From IMG/VR virus record IMGVR_UViG_3300025674_000014: a DNA stretch of 64,000 nucleotides; one strand, written 5' to 3'. The translations under genes were made by a program, and so were the position numbers. A model generated the notes under the pieces. It searched no databases and was not told the origin of the DNA. It saw only the letters and a list, made by a program, of their open reading frames with translations. This DNA is from a virus. Taxonomy: Duplodnaviria > Caudoviricetes. Below are positions 37,305-47,253 of this stretch, in pieces; within the stretch, counting starts at the first letter, position 1, and each line of letters begins with the position of its first letter.

Positions 37305-38593
37305 TTAAAGTTTAAATTAACAGTAGATTTACCACTTCTTATTCGACTAGTGAATATATTTTCACCATTATCTTCTTTGAATACCCCATTTACAGACTGT
37401 TGGTCAGCTTGAATATATGTATCTTCTCCAAAGCCTCTGAAATCAGTTAAAATACTAAGAGCCCCGTACGGTAATTTTGTTCCAGGTTTTTTATATGTTC
37501 CTGTAATGATATACGTGTTATCAGTCGTGTAAAACCCTGTTGACGATGTTACCATATAACCTTTGTTGTCAATTTCTAAAGTTACAATAAAATAACCACC
37601 CGGTAATTTTCTAATTGCAGCTCTTTTATTTTTAAACTCATTAACATCATATGTAGCAATTTCTGGATTTTGATCTTTTTCTGAAACTATATCATAAACA
37701 TATTTGTAATTTTGATCCATTACATCATTAACAACACTTATAGCAAATTCTTCCGGGTCTGTAATTTTTTCAAAACTATCAATAATACCGACACCAGCTT
37801 CAACTAAAGCGTTCAAAGTACCAATTTCTGCATCCTCGGAAACCGGGGTTCTATAAACTCTAATACTATAATAATTCCAAAATATAGGTGGTATTTCTTC
37901 AACTTCAGTAATCGCTGGTACTTCTTCTTGTTTAGATTTTTCAGCTGGCGGTTCAGTTCTTTGTTTTACATTTTCATCTGCTTGTGTAGCTAAAGCAACT
38001 TGACTCTTTTTTACACTTTCTTTTTCTATTTTTTCAACCGTTTCAGGTTTTTCAGCGAAATCTTTTCTTTCTCTAGGAGTAAATTCAGTAGGTACTTCTT
38101 CACACCCTAACATTTTTTTCAAAGATAACCCTCCAGTTTCTACTTGATCTAAACCATTTTGTTTCTTAATTGTGAAAGCTTCTTTTATACCCTTTACTGT
38201 ATTTTTGGCTGTATTTTTTATATCCTCAAAAGTTGCTTTGAAAGCATCTTTAATAGATAAGTTTTTAGCATCACCAAGATCCGGTACTTTAAATTGATCT
38301 AAAGAAGGTATACCAAATGGTACAGTAAACACACCTATTAAGTCTTTTATTTTTTCTTTAATACATGCAGCCATACCTGGTGTATTTTTTTTAACACCTT
38401 CAGCAATTTTTTGATCTTTAATTTCTTTTGGTAAAGGGGTATTACCTTCACCAACTAAATTTTTAGAGTTTAGAGTCTCTACGTTTTTTAACTCTTCGGT
38501 AGGTTTAGGTACAGATAAAGTACTAGTAACGTTGCTTTTTTTAGCTTTGAGACGTTCTTGTATTAAAGTTTTGGTATTGACTTTTTGTACCAC
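37301..38593 (-). CDS. hypothetical, probable structural protein
   Basis: 430-aa ORF coupled to gp5, with TAAATA upstream. Confidence 0.6.
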   Translation of the reverse strand: MVQKVNTKTLIQERLKAKKSNVTSTLSVPKPTEELKNVETLNSKNLVGEGNTPLPKEIKDQKIAEGVKKNTPGMAACIKEKIKDLIGVFTVPFGIPSLDQFKVPDLGDAKNLSIKDAFKATFEDIKNTAKNTVKGIKEAFTIKKQNGLDQVETGGLSLKKMLGCEEVPTEFTPRERKDFAEKPETVEKIEKESVKKSQVALATQADENVKQRTEPPAEKSKQEEVPAITEVEEIPPIFWNYYSIRVYRTPVSEDAEIGTLNALVEAGVGIIDSFEKITDPEEFAISVVNDVMDQNYKYVYDIVSEKDQNPEIATYDVNEFKNKRAAIRKLPGGYFIVTLEIDNKGYMVTSSTGFYTTDNTYIITGTYKKPGTKLPYGALSILTDFRGFGEDTYIQADQQSVNGVFKEDNGENIFTSRIRSGKSTVNLNFK

Positions 38594-38627
38594 ATATATA
38601 TTTAGTTACCTTATCTGATAATAAAAC

Positions 38628-38655
38628 TTGAATTCTTGGTGGAATATGCTAATAT
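38628..38655 (+). promoter_or_regulatory. sigma70-type promoter
   Basis: TTGAAT-16 nt-TAATAT, with the ATG at 38662. Confidence 0.45.
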
Positions 38656-38661
38656 AAATAT

Positions 38662-39420
38662 ATGCGAATTTGTGTTATACCAGACCTACATAACAAAATT
38701 GATGTAGCGGATTATATTATTAACGAAGAGGATGCACATGTAGATGAGTTCGTTCTACTTGGAGATTATTTCGATGATTACAATGATACACCTGAAGATA
38801 ACAGAGAGACAGGTTTGTTTATCAATGAATTTATCAACAACGATAAGTTTAAGTTTTTGATTGGTAATCATGATCTTCATTATATCATTAATCATACTCC
38901 ATATCAGTGTAAAAATAGCTACGATGAAGAAAAATTTAATTCTATTAATGAAGTTGTTTCCGAAGATGCTTGGGAAAAAATGGTCTGGACCCATATTAGA
39001 GATAAATGGTTATTTTCACATTCTGGTATTATCGCTACAGATGGAGTGTTCAATCAAGATGAACACGACGGTAACTTAAATCTAGAAATTCAAAATGTTA
39101 TTGAAGCTAATCTCCCTGTTTCACCTAAACTTGGTTATGGTGGTACATACTGGAGAAGAGATTGTGAAGATGAACTACCTTATGCCGAAGCAGAAAATTT
39201 TAAATACAATCAAATGTATGGTCATACTGTACTTGCTAAATGGGATTGCACTCAATATGTAGGGTATAGAGCTTATAATATTGATACGCATATGCAATAT
39301 TATGCTATTATTAATACGGAGAATGATTATGTTGAGATCAAACGAACAAATTATACACATAGGTATTGGCCTCTTGAAGTAAAATGGTTACAAAAAACAG
39401 ATCAGATAAAAAATTTGTAA
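38662..39420 (+). CDS. calcineurin-like metallophosphoesterase
   Basis: PDLH, LGDYFD, GNHD, HSG and GHT. Confidence 0.9.
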   Translation: MRICVIPDLHNKIDVADYIINEEDAHVDEFVLLGDYFDDYNDTPEDNRETGLFINEFINNDKFKFLIGNHDLHYIINHTPYQCKNSYDEEKFNSINEVVSEDAWEKMVWTHIRDKWLFSHSGIIATDGVFNQDEHDGNLNLEIQNVIEANLPVSPKLGYGGTYWRRDCEDELPYAEAENFKYNQMYGHTVLAKWDCTQYVGYRAYNIDTHMQYYAIINTENDYVEIKRTNYTHRYWPLEVKWLQKTDQIKNL

Positions 39421-40004
39421 GTCTATCAGGACCGAGTTGTTCAGGTAAAACTACTTTGGTTAATGCTGTAAACTGGTCTGATTACTTTAAAGATTATCAT
39501 TTAGTAGAATCTCATACTAGGGCTTTGAAGTCTAAAGGTATGCAGATTAATGAAAAGGGTAGCGATGAAACTCAAGTTGCTGTGATGGATATTCATCATA
39601 GTAATTATGTAAAGTTTGATACTAAAAGTAATATCAAATCATTTATAACTGATAGGTGTGTTTTAGATGGTATTGTTTATACTGAATGGTTAGCTAATAC
39701 TGATAGGATTCATAGTAATATTCTTAGTTATGCAAGTAAGATATTTATGGATGTAAAAGATAAAATTGATATTTTATTCTATTGTGAACCTGTTGAGTAT
39801 AAGGATGATGCAGATAGAAAATTATCTAAAAGAGATCATGAAATAATTTGTAATTTATTTGAGTCTTATATTGGTATGTTTGATTTGAATCAAGTAGTAA
39901 GACTTAGAGGTTCAGTTGAAGAACGATTGAAGATTATAGATAACAAACTAAAATTTAACAAAGTTAAATTAACTACAGAAGATATTTTATTATGGAACAA
40001 CTAG
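39384..40004 (+). CDS. P-loop nucleotide kinase (TMK/AAA_28-like)
   Basis: SGPSCSGKTT and TDRCVLD. Confidence 0.75.
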   Translation: MVTKNRSDKKFVSLSGPSCSGKTTLVNAVNWSDYFKDYHLVESHTRALKSKGMQINEKGSDETQVAVMDIHHSNYVKFDTKSNIKSFITDRCVLDGIVYTEWLANTDRIHSNILSYASKIFMDVKDKIDILFYCEPVEYKDDADRKLSKRDHEIICNLFESYIGMFDLNQVVRLRGSVEERLKIIDNKLKFNKVKLTTEDILLWNN

Positions 40005-40885
40005 ATAACACAAACATTAGTACACACCTAGGTCAGAGTAGTCAGTATAAGTCGCAATATGACCCTGGATTGTTGGTAAGAGAGCCTCGTCAAAGTAACC
40101 GTTCATATCTTGATATTCAAGATGACAATCTACCGTTTGTAGGTTATGATGTATGGAATGGTTATGAAGTATCTGCTTTGACTAATAACGGTAGACCAGT
40201 AGCTGCAATTGCTAAAGTAATTTACCCGTGTGATAGTAAGTATATCGTTGAATCAAAGTCTATGAAACTATATTGGAATAGTTTCAATATGACCAAGCTT
40301 GGTGATACATCTCAGGATGTGATGGGTGAAATTGAAAAGAGAGCTATTGAAGACCTATCAAACTTTCTTGAAACAAACGTAAGTGTTCAATTGTTTTTCG
40401 ATGATACAGAAATTGAAGAAGGTTTAGACTTTTCTGTTATTGAAAATATCGATATTACAGTTGGTCAAGACGTTGTATTTGATACTTATAACGAAACCCC
40501 TGAACTGTTAGAAGTAGAAGAGCATGATGAGCCTCAAGATATTAATTATATTTCTGGCTTGTTGAAGTCAAATTGTAGGGTAACTTCACAACCTGATTGG
40601 GGTGATGTATACATTTACATGAGAGGTAATAAAGTACCCACTAAAGAATCACTTCTAAAGTATATCGTATCATTTAGAGATGAATGTCATTTTCATGAAG
40701 AGATTTGTGAATGTATTTATAAGAGACTATGGGATACTTTCTCTCCCGAAGAGTTATCTGTAATGTGTTTATATGTTAGAAGAGGTGGCTGGGACATTAA
40801 TCCTCATAGGTGCTCCCATGAGCATCTTTATAATGAGCTTATATTCGATATAGGTAAGATCTTTCCTAAGCGTCCTAGACAATAG
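39992..40885 (+). CDS. queF: NADPH-dependent preQ0 reductase, bimodular type
   Basis: ESKSMKLY, KSNCRVTSQPDW, FHEEICE and YVRRGGWDINP. Confidence 0.92.
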   Translation: MEQLDNTNISTHLGQSSQYKSQYDPGLLVREPRQSNRSYLDIQDDNLPFVGYDVWNGYEVSALTNNGRPVAAIAKVIYPCDSKYIVESKSMKLYWNSFNMTKLGDTSQDVMGEIEKRAIEDLSNFLETNVSVQLFFDDTEIEEGLDFSVIENIDITVGQDVVFDTYNETPELLEVEEHDEPQDINYISGLLKSNCRVTSQPDWGDVYIYMRGNKVPTKESLLKYIVSFRDECHFHEEICECIYKRLWDTFSPEELSVMCLYVRRGGWDINPHRCSHEHLYNELIFDIGKIFPKRPRQ

Positions 40886-40903
40886 TCCGTTCCATAAACA
40901 GGT

Positions 40904-40939
40904 GAAAGACCCGGGGTTCGAAACCGGGTCTTTCTTTTT
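40904..40939. terminator. intrinsic terminator between convergent operons
   Basis: GAAAGACCCGG...CCGGGTCTTTC followed by TTTTT. Confidence 0.8.
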
Positions 40940-40973
40940 GCACGCCTGCGGGATCGGGGTCGACAGGAGTAAA

Positions 40974-41375
40974 TTAGATATATCCTAAAAGATATTTTCT
41001 TCTTCTATTAGGACCAACTGCAATATTCTGACCAGATAATGCATCGTGAGTTGCATTACCGTTGGTAATAGTGAATGGAATACCATAATTGTCAGTTGTA
41101 ACTAAGTAAATTGTGCTGCCTCCTGGTAATGCAGTACTAACAACTGTATCATCTGATCCTAATAAACCGTCTGAAATAGTAATAGTACTTAAAGAATAGT
41201 AAGTTGTTGCATTATCAAATAATACACCTACAACTTGATGACCATCCCAAGTACCAGCTTCATGCAATCCCATAATAGGGTCAGTACCGTTGAAAGCTGA
41301 TAAACTGTAATTAGGTGCTGGGGGAGGCGTAATCTGTGTAGTATCGTAAACTCCGTTGTTTAATCCTGTTGCCAT
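40974..41375 (-). CDS. hypothetical late protein, possible head decoration
   Basis: Directly after gp23 with its own ATAAATA element. Confidence 0.55.
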   Translation of the reverse strand: MATGLNNGVYDTTQITPPPAPNYSLSAFNGTDPIMGLHEAGTWDGHQVVGVLFDNATTYYSLSTITISDGLLGSDDTVVSTALPGGSTIYLVTTDNYGIPFTITNGNATHDALSGQNIAVGPNRRRKYLLGYI

Positions 41376-41397
41376 GTATATATTTATTGCTCTCCAT

Positions 41398-41425
41398 AAA
41401 AAAAGCCCGACCTTTCGGCCGGGCT
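41398..41425 (-). terminator. gp23 terminator
   Basis: Minus strand AGCCCGGCC-GAAA-GGTCGGGCT-T7. Confidence 0.85.
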
Positions 41426-41449
41426 GTGATTAATAACTGTAAATTTCGA

Positions 41450-42991
41450 TTAGAAGTATACAGCCTGAGAACCTGGTGTGAAGGCCTCACCAAGATTCTT
41501 AACAATGATAACGTGGTAGTACAAGTTAGCACCGAAGATGTTGTCAACAACACCGTAACGGGTTAACAAGCCAACACGTGGCGAGAAGTCGTTAGGACCA
41601 ATCGTTCTCTGAACCATAACAGGAATGTATGGACAGTAGATAATACCAGTGTCATAGAATTCAGGGCCTTTGTAACCAAGCAATGCATACTCAACGCGAG
41701 AGGTACGAGCACCGGAAGGTGTATAAGTACCTTGATCAGGCTGAGTGATATAACCTGCATTGTTTTCGTACTGAGCTTCTGTGCGGGTGTCACGGTAAAC
41801 GTTGAAACGACCGCCGAGGTTACCAACTTTGGCAACACCAACAGGCTGGGTGTTAACGTTACCCTGAACGGGTACCCACTGGAACTCAGGCAACATCTCG
41901 AGGATAGCTGCAACTCTAGGTGTACAAACGATGAAGTTAGCAGCACCACGTCTGTTACGAATAGCAATTCTATTTGCTTCAATAATGATTCTCTGGTAGA
42001 AGTCTCTGTTACGCTCAACTAACCAGCGACCGTCAGCAGACTGAGGAGCCCAGATGGAATAACCGTTTCCGGATCCATTATCAAGAGCAACCTGAACCAT
42101 ACGCATCAACATTTCACGATCTATCTCAGCCTGCAACTCGTAAGACATTGCATTGGTGAGTTCGGTATCGATGTCAATACCATTCATGTTCTTAAGGTCC
42201 TGCTCGAGCTCAACAGACCAACGAGCGGCCAAACGACGTGTACCAGCTTCAACAGCTGTCTTCTCAAAGCTAACAACGACCTGAGGAATACGTCCGGTCA
42301 ACTCAAAGTTAGCAAGAAGTTTTGCAACACCTTCGTCCTGATTGACGAATGGGAAGTCTGAACCAGCACCTAAACCAGACAATTTTTCGGAAGATGTACC
42401 AGTGAAACGTGTATCTAAGAACTGATAACCTAATTCCTTACCATCGGCATTGGATCCAGAACCGGAACCTCTACCAGAAGCAGGGTTGTTAGCAGTGTTT
42501 TCAGCAGTACCATAAGTACCCTGACCGATACCGTCAATACCATTACCAAGAGCGTCTGTCTCGTACTTATAACGCAAAGCAAATGCTAAGCCAACGGGAC
42601 CACTCATAGGCTGAACACCAACGATTTCGTTAGTAATCAACTCAGGGAAGGTACGACGAATCATAGGAATAAGAATCTTAGGCAAACGGAAGTCACCGGT
42701 TGCGTATGTGTCACCCTGACTGTAAGAGTTAGGGATCTGATTACCATACTGACCGATGTTAACACTACCATTGCTAAGAGCAGATCCTGTTCCGCCTGCA
42801 AAGTTACCATTCTCGTTTAAACACCATGCCTCTTGGTTTTCCAAGAGCATAGCCGTACTCAGACGCTGATGGTCGTCTGTGATTTCTTTGACATTATCAG
42901 ATTTGTAGTCCAATACAGGACCCCATTTTTCTAACAATGCTTTAGCCCTATTCTGATCGATATAGGCTTCTGAGGGTTTAATAGTATTCAT
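41450..42991 (-). CDS. gp23: major capsid protein
   Basis: KWGPVL, LLENQ, VGVQPMSGPVGLAFALR, ELEQDLKNMNGID and YCPYIP. Start placed at MNTIKP (42991). Confidence 0.96.
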   Translation of the reverse strand: MNTIKPSEAYIDQNRAKALLEKWGPVLDYKSDNVKEITDDHQRLSTAMLLENQEAWCLNENGNFAGGTGSALSNGSVNIGQYGNQIPNSYSQGDTYATGDFRLPKILIPMIRRTFPELITNEIVGVQPMSGPVGLAFALRYKYETDALGNGIDGIGQGTYGTAENTANNPASGRGSGSGSNADGKELGYQFLDTRFTGTSSEKLSGLGAGSDFPFVNQDEGVAKLLANFELTGRIPQVVVSFEKTAVEAGTRRLAARWSVELEQDLKNMNGIDIDTELTNAMSYELQAEIDREMLMRMVQVALDNGSGNGYSIWAPQSADGRWLVERNRDFYQRIIIEANRIAIRNRRGAANFIVCTPRVAAILEMLPEFQWVPVQGNVNTQPVGVAKVGNLGGRFNVYRDTRTEAQYENNAGYITQPDQGTYTPSGARTSRVEYALLGYKGPEFYDTGIIYCPYIPVMVQRTIGPNDFSPRVGLLTRYGVVDNIFGANLYYHVIIVKNLGEAFTPGSQAVYF

Positions 42992-43068
42992 AGTTTTATG
43001 TATACGGGTTTGTAAGCACTCTACCAAGAGCGCTGGAAATTCTTATAAAAGGGTATCTATCAATGAGA

Positions 43069-43947
43069 TTAATACTTACCGAGCTCGCCTAAGTAAGCGT
43101 TAAAGTAAGGATTCTCAGATTTCTTAGACTGTTGTTTTGCAGACTCACTAATAACTTGGGTAGGTCTGTCAACGTCCTTAGAAACGGAATTCTGTCTTTT
43201 TGCTTGCTCATGCAAAACTTCAAGATGCTCTTCATGATTTTTATCAAACATCTTCAATGTATAATCAAAGTTCTCATTAATAAATTTGGCAGATTTGCCA
43301 GAGAGGACTTTCTTACAAAATGCAGCTTTGTCTTCAGATAATTCGAGGCACTTTCTTTCAAGTGTCAACTGAGACTTAAGTCTAGCATTTTCTTTAGCTA
43401 ATTTTTCAGCAGCAGAGCTGATTTCATTAACTTTAGCAGTGGATTCGTCAATTCTAGCCTTACCATCAACGATTGCATCTTTAATTGCATTCTTCTGTAA
43501 AGCAGCATCAACTGCAAGTACACCACGTAACTCAGATAGCATTTTAGCTGATCTCTTATTCTTAACTGCCTCATTAATACTTTTCTGAGGAACAAGTTTC
43601 TCAAGATAGATATCAAGGTATTTGCTTACCTTATTAACGATATCGCTCTTAAATTCAGAAGCTTCTTGTGTAAGAGCTTTGCTGTATTTCTCAACCACTG
43701 CAATCATTTTTTCGGAGTGGTTCTTATCAATTGCTTCGACAACTTTGTCTAGCTTCTTAGAGTGGTCAATATCAATGGCTTCAAGCAAATGCTCAAGCTT
43801 GTTAGCATATTCGTCATCCTGTTTGACGAGAGCAGCCTCAACATGAAGCTGAACCTTCTTGTTAAACGCTTCTTCAATCTGCTGCAATGTTTCCTCAGTG
43901 AGGATGTCTTGAGCTTTTTCTTGGAGTATATCTTTGATGTTTTCCAT
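43069..43947 (-). CDS. gp22: prohead core scaffold
   Basis: Helical and acidic, IEEAFNKKV and KVSKYLDIYLE, located between the protease and MCP genes. Confidence 0.8.
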   Translation of the reverse strand: MENIKDILQEKAQDILTEETLQQIEEAFNKKVQLHVEAALVKQDDEYANKLEHLLEAIDIDHSKKLDKVVEAIDKNHSEKMIAVVEKYSKALTQEASEFKSDIVNKVSKYLDIYLEKLVPQKSINEAVKNKRSAKMLSELRGVLAVDAALQKNAIKDAIVDGKARIDESTAKVNEISSAAEKLAKENARLKSQLTLERKCLELSEDKAAFCKKVLSGKSAKFINENFDYTLKMFDKNHEEHLEVLHEQAKRQNSVSKDVDRPTQVISESAKQQSKKSENPYFNAYLGELGKY

Positions 43948-43948
43948 A

Positions 43949-44095
43949 TTAAAATAGTTTCTTTTTAGAAGCTTTATTGATCTTGTGCTTCATTTTGTCT
44001 TCTACAACAGATCGTAAATTATCATGAGCATTTTTATATTCGCCATTGATAATATTCTTTACAAAATTTTTAATTTCTTTACGCTGTTGAATCAT
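43949..44095 (-). CDS. 48-aa prohead-core-like protein (gp67-like; not in ORF track)
   Basis: MIQQRKEIKNFVKNIINGEYKNAHDNLRSVVEDKMKHKINKASKKKLF fills the gp21-gp22 gap. Confidence 0.55.
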   Translation of the reverse strand: MIQQRKEIKNFVKNIINGEYKNAHDNLRSVVEDKMKHKINKASKKKLF

Positions 44096-44120
44096 AAGAT
44101 TTATATCTAATATTTATGCT

Positions 44121-44795
44121 TTACCGTCCAATTTTATCTAAAAAGTCAATAATTTGGTCTCTTAAATAATCATTCAATTCTTTTTTAGGTAAAGTTTTAA
44201 TACTTTCTTCGAATGTATCATAAGATTCTTCCCATCTTCCATCCTTAGCTAACACAAATTGCTTAGATTCTAATATACCATTTACGAATGCTTTTGGGCA
44301 AGAAGGATCGGATACACAATCAACTGCAACCAATCTCATTTCAGAAACTCTACTAACACCGGGTCTGGTTTTTTCTTCAGATAATTGACCTAATGCCCTT
44401 GAGCTCATACCGACTTTTACACCGTCATTGATTAAACTCTTAACGATTTGACCACATGGAGTAGAAAGTACTTTTGACTTACCATAGAACATATTACCTT
44501 CTGACCATAAGTCAGTTACCATATGGCAAGCACGTTCTAGGTCAACTTCAGCAGATGTTGGATGGTTTAATTCACCCATACTTCTGTTCTCATTAACCAT
44601 TTCTCTCATATAACGATCAACTTCACGTTGTAGTTCGTCTCTGGGATAGAATCGTTTGTTACGGTTAACGTCTTCAGCCATCATGTAAGGGCCTTTGATA
44701 TAAAGCGTTTGACCTGAGCCAGTGCTTTTCTCTTCGACGATGTACTCAAAAGCCTCTTTAGGCGCCGGATTTTCAACTAATAATCTGAAAGACAT
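44121..44795 (-). CDS. gp21: prohead protease
   Basis: NRNKRFYP, GELNHP, GMSSRALG and VSDPSCPKA. Confidence 0.93.
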   Translation of the reverse strand: MSFRLLVENPAPKEAFEYIVEEKSTGSGQTLYIKGPYMMAEDVNRNKRFYPRDELQREVDRYMREMVNENRSMGELNHPTSAEVDLERACHMVTDLWSEGNMFYGKSKVLSTPCGQIVKSLINDGVKVGMSSRALGQLSEEKTRPGVSRVSEMRLVAVDCVSDPSCPKAFVNGILESKQFVLAKDGRWEESYDTFEESIKTLPKKELNDYLRDQIIDFLDKIGR

Positions 44796-44828
44796 CTTAT
44801 TTATTATTTATACTATAATTTAATTTTT

Positions 44829-45263
44829 TCAGCAATTAAGCTCTTTTTCTGTAAGTATTTTGAACTCAATACCTTTTTTCTTAGCCCATTTTTCTGCTGC
44901 TTCCCACTTAGCTTGATTAACAACCCACGTTTTTTGCTCGTAAAGCATTGTGCTTTTACGTTTATATTTTTTAGGTTGTGGAGCCTTGACTTGTGAGGAG
45001 GGTTTTATTTCAATTAGGTAAGTTTTGGTACCTGTTGATTCTTTTATAGATATAAGACCATCAACGAAATAACGGTGAATCCTACCATCTAATGGGCTTT
45101 GATAAGGGATAATTACACCTTCACTGTTCCATGCAACAATGTTTGGATTACAGTCGCACCAACGGAAAAATTTTAACTCCCACCCTGATCTGTAAACTGG
45201 TAAGGACTTTCCTTTATATTTTTCCCTCAGTTTTGGTCTAAAAACTCCTTGTTTAAAAGGCAT
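44829..45263 (-). CDS. gp4: head completion nuclease
   Basis: YRSGWE..F..WCD, IPYQSPLDGRIHRYFVD, EIKP and NQAKW. Confidence 0.88.
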   Translation of the reverse strand: MPFKQGVFRPKLREKYKGKSLPVYRSGWELKFFRWCDCNPNIVAWNSEGVIIPYQSPLDGRIHRYFVDGLISIKESTGTKTYLIEIKPSSQVKAPQPKKYKRKSTMLYEQKTWVVNQAKWEAAEKWAKKKGIEFKILTEKELNC

Positions 45264-45277
45264 ATTTTTATTTAAAA

Positions 45278-46339
45278 CTATCCAATCAAGAACAAGGTCG
45301 GTTCAGCATCACCCATACCTGGAGACGCTCCAGTATAAAGTTGCTCTTCTAATTTTTCTTTTTCAGTACGACCTTCTTCTAATAGATCATAATTGAGAAC
45401 ACCGCCTCCAAACAGCTGAACATTACCATATTTACCTCTTACCCTACCAACTACAATTTTGGATAACGCAAGAGCGTATTGGTAAACCCATTCTTCTTTT
45501 ATGACCCACGCTATAGGTTTTTCGACATAACATTCTAAAGTACCCCAAAACTGTTCATCTTTTGGTTCTGGGTACATTTGCATCATTTGAGTACGATCAT
45601 TAAAGTTTATAGCTTTTCTCAATGCTAACATTTTCTCTCTCGTATCAAGCCAATTCTTAAGAGTGTACCAACTTATAAGATCAAATCCATAATTACCCAT
45701 TGAGTAACTGAAGTATGTTTGTTGAGCTAAAGTTTGTTCAATTGTGAATAAAGTGTTAACACCATCAGAGGAACCTACTTCAAATCCGCGAACTGAAACA
45801 ACTTTTCTATAATCATCTAAAAGATAATCATAAGCTTGATTTAACTCTAATTGATTAGGTTTTAAATTATCACCAACTTGATAAATGTATGGGTTGGCTG
45901 CTTCACCAATTACCATTTTACTCAAACTATATAATGGAGCAAATTGTTTACCGCATTTTTCTTCGTATCTGAAATTGAAATTAGGGTTTAATTTTTGAGC
46001 TTCTGTTGTGGCAATTTTTGTTTTGTAATCGGAAAAATCTGAATCTCTTCTAGCAGAAAATAAAACATCCATTCTTATACCCTTACCTCTTTCATATAAG
46101 TCGGAGTTAAAAATAATATATTCTCTAGTATAACCAGCAAACTTTGTAAACATTTCAACAGCTATACTAATGTTTTCATAAAGCTGATCTTGATGAATTT
46201 CAACGTTAATTAATGGAGCTCCTAAAGATCTTGAAATACGTTCCCCTAATCTACTATAACCGCAAATAACATTGTTAAGGTTAGTAGAGTAAAAAGAACT
46301 CAAGGGCATTGCTTGACTGCAGTCGATTACGGTTGCCAT
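45278..46339 (-). CDS. gp13: neck protein (gp13-like)
   Basis: LGAPLINVEI..DQ, WVYQYALALSK and GRVRGKYG.VQLFGG. Confidence 0.8.
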   Translation of the reverse strand: MATVIDCSQAMPLSSFYSTNLNNVICGYSRLGERISRSLGAPLINVEIHQDQLYENISIAVEMFTKFAGYTREYIIFNSDLYERGKGIRMDVLFSARRDSDFSDYKTKIATTEAQKLNPNFNFRYEEKCGKQFAPLYSLSKMVIGEAANPYIYQVGDNLKPNQLELNQAYDYLLDDYRKVVSVRGFEVGSSDGVNTLFTIEQTLAQQTYFSYSMGNYGFDLISWYTLKNWLDTREKMLALRKAINFNDRTQMMQMYPEPKDEQFWGTLECYVEKPIAWVIKEEWVYQYALALSKIVVGRVRGKYGNVQLFGGGVLNYDLLEEGRTEKEKLEEQLYTGASPGMGDAEPTLFLIG

Positions 46340-46347
46340 AGAAATAT

Positions 46348-47253
46348 TTAAGCAAACGACTCTATTGTTACTGACACGGTATGAGTTTCTCTATCAGTAT
46401 CTGGGCAATAAACAGTTATCGGTAGTTTGTTAATTTTTTTATTCTCACCATCAATTTCTATTGCCATATTAGTATTGGTTCTATTTTGATATTCTGAATC
46501 TGTACCAGGTGCAAAATAACTACGCATAGGAAAAACTAAAGTATTATCTTTTACAGTTTGATTTTTCCATAAGTATGAATTAACGTCATCTCGGCTAGGG
46601 TTAGTACCTATCATAGCAGTACCTAAAATTTTAGTATTATTTTTACCGTCCCAGTAAATTATAAATTTAAAATACGATACATTTTCTGCACTTTTAGAAC
46701 CATCACATCTACTATGTCTATAAGTTATTATAGATTTAGAATAGTTAAATGTTTTATTAAAAAGTAACCCCCAATCACCCATAACCCTGGATGAACTTTT
46801 TGATGATATTAATACTACCTTATTAGTAATTATATTATTTATTGTAGAAGCAATAGGGGTAGTATTTTGAAAATACCCATTATTTTGATTTCTTGCATAA
46901 TAAGGGCCAATAGACATTGCAATTGAACCTATAAATGTATCAACCTCTGATTCTACTCTATTTTTAGGTGCAATAGCTATAACATTACCATAATTATCAA
47001 AAGTTACACTTTCAATTTCGCTTTTTATTTTCTTTGAAAGAGAAACTGATGAATTTGTATTGTTGAAATTTATATATGTATTATTAAAAGGTATATCAAA
47101 AATAGAAGTTGAATAATTTTTTAGATAACCAACTAAAGATTCAGTATTAAGATTATAATTAAAATCCTTTGGAGCAGTACCAATAAAAAGATCATTATAT
47201 GAAATTTGATCTTTACTAGCAGAAAGTAATTGTGTAATACTATTTTTTGGCAT
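46348..47253 (-). CDS. probable virion structural protein (paralog of 47253..48221)
   Basis: N/T/S-rich, and shares FDxYG, LFNKT and FxIYW segments with its neighbour. Confidence 0.55.
   Translation of the reverse strand: MPKNSITQLLSASKDQISYNDLFIGTAPKDFNYNLNTESLVGYLKNYSTSIFDIPFNNTYINFNNTNSSVSLSKKIKSEIESVTFDNYGNVIAIAPKNRVESEVDTFIGSIAMSIGPYYARNQNNGYFQNTTPIASTINNIITNKVVLISSKSSSRVMGDWGLLFNKTFNYSKSIITYRHSRCDGSKSAENVSYFKFIIYWDGKNNTKILGTAMIGTNPSRDDVNSYLWKNQTVKDNTLVFPMRSYFAPGTDSEYQNRTNTNMAIEIDGENKKINKLPITVYCPDTDRETHTVSVTIESFA

Noticed and set aside
40940-40973. GC-rich stretch after the queF terminator
   Set aside because: Only a weak CCTG/CAGG pairing is present, with no recognisable element.
43014-43033. 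Small hairpin (AGCGCTCT-TGGT-AGAGTGCT on the minus strand) in the gp23 leader
   Set aside because: It is short and includes a G-U pair. It may stabilise the mRNA, but there is not enough evidence to call it.
41311-43846. Overlapping and antisense ORFs across gp23 and gp22 (and similar ones in nrdA, gp5 and the acidic proteins)
   Set aside because: They are expected by-products of codon bias in strongly supported genes, and have no motifs of their own.
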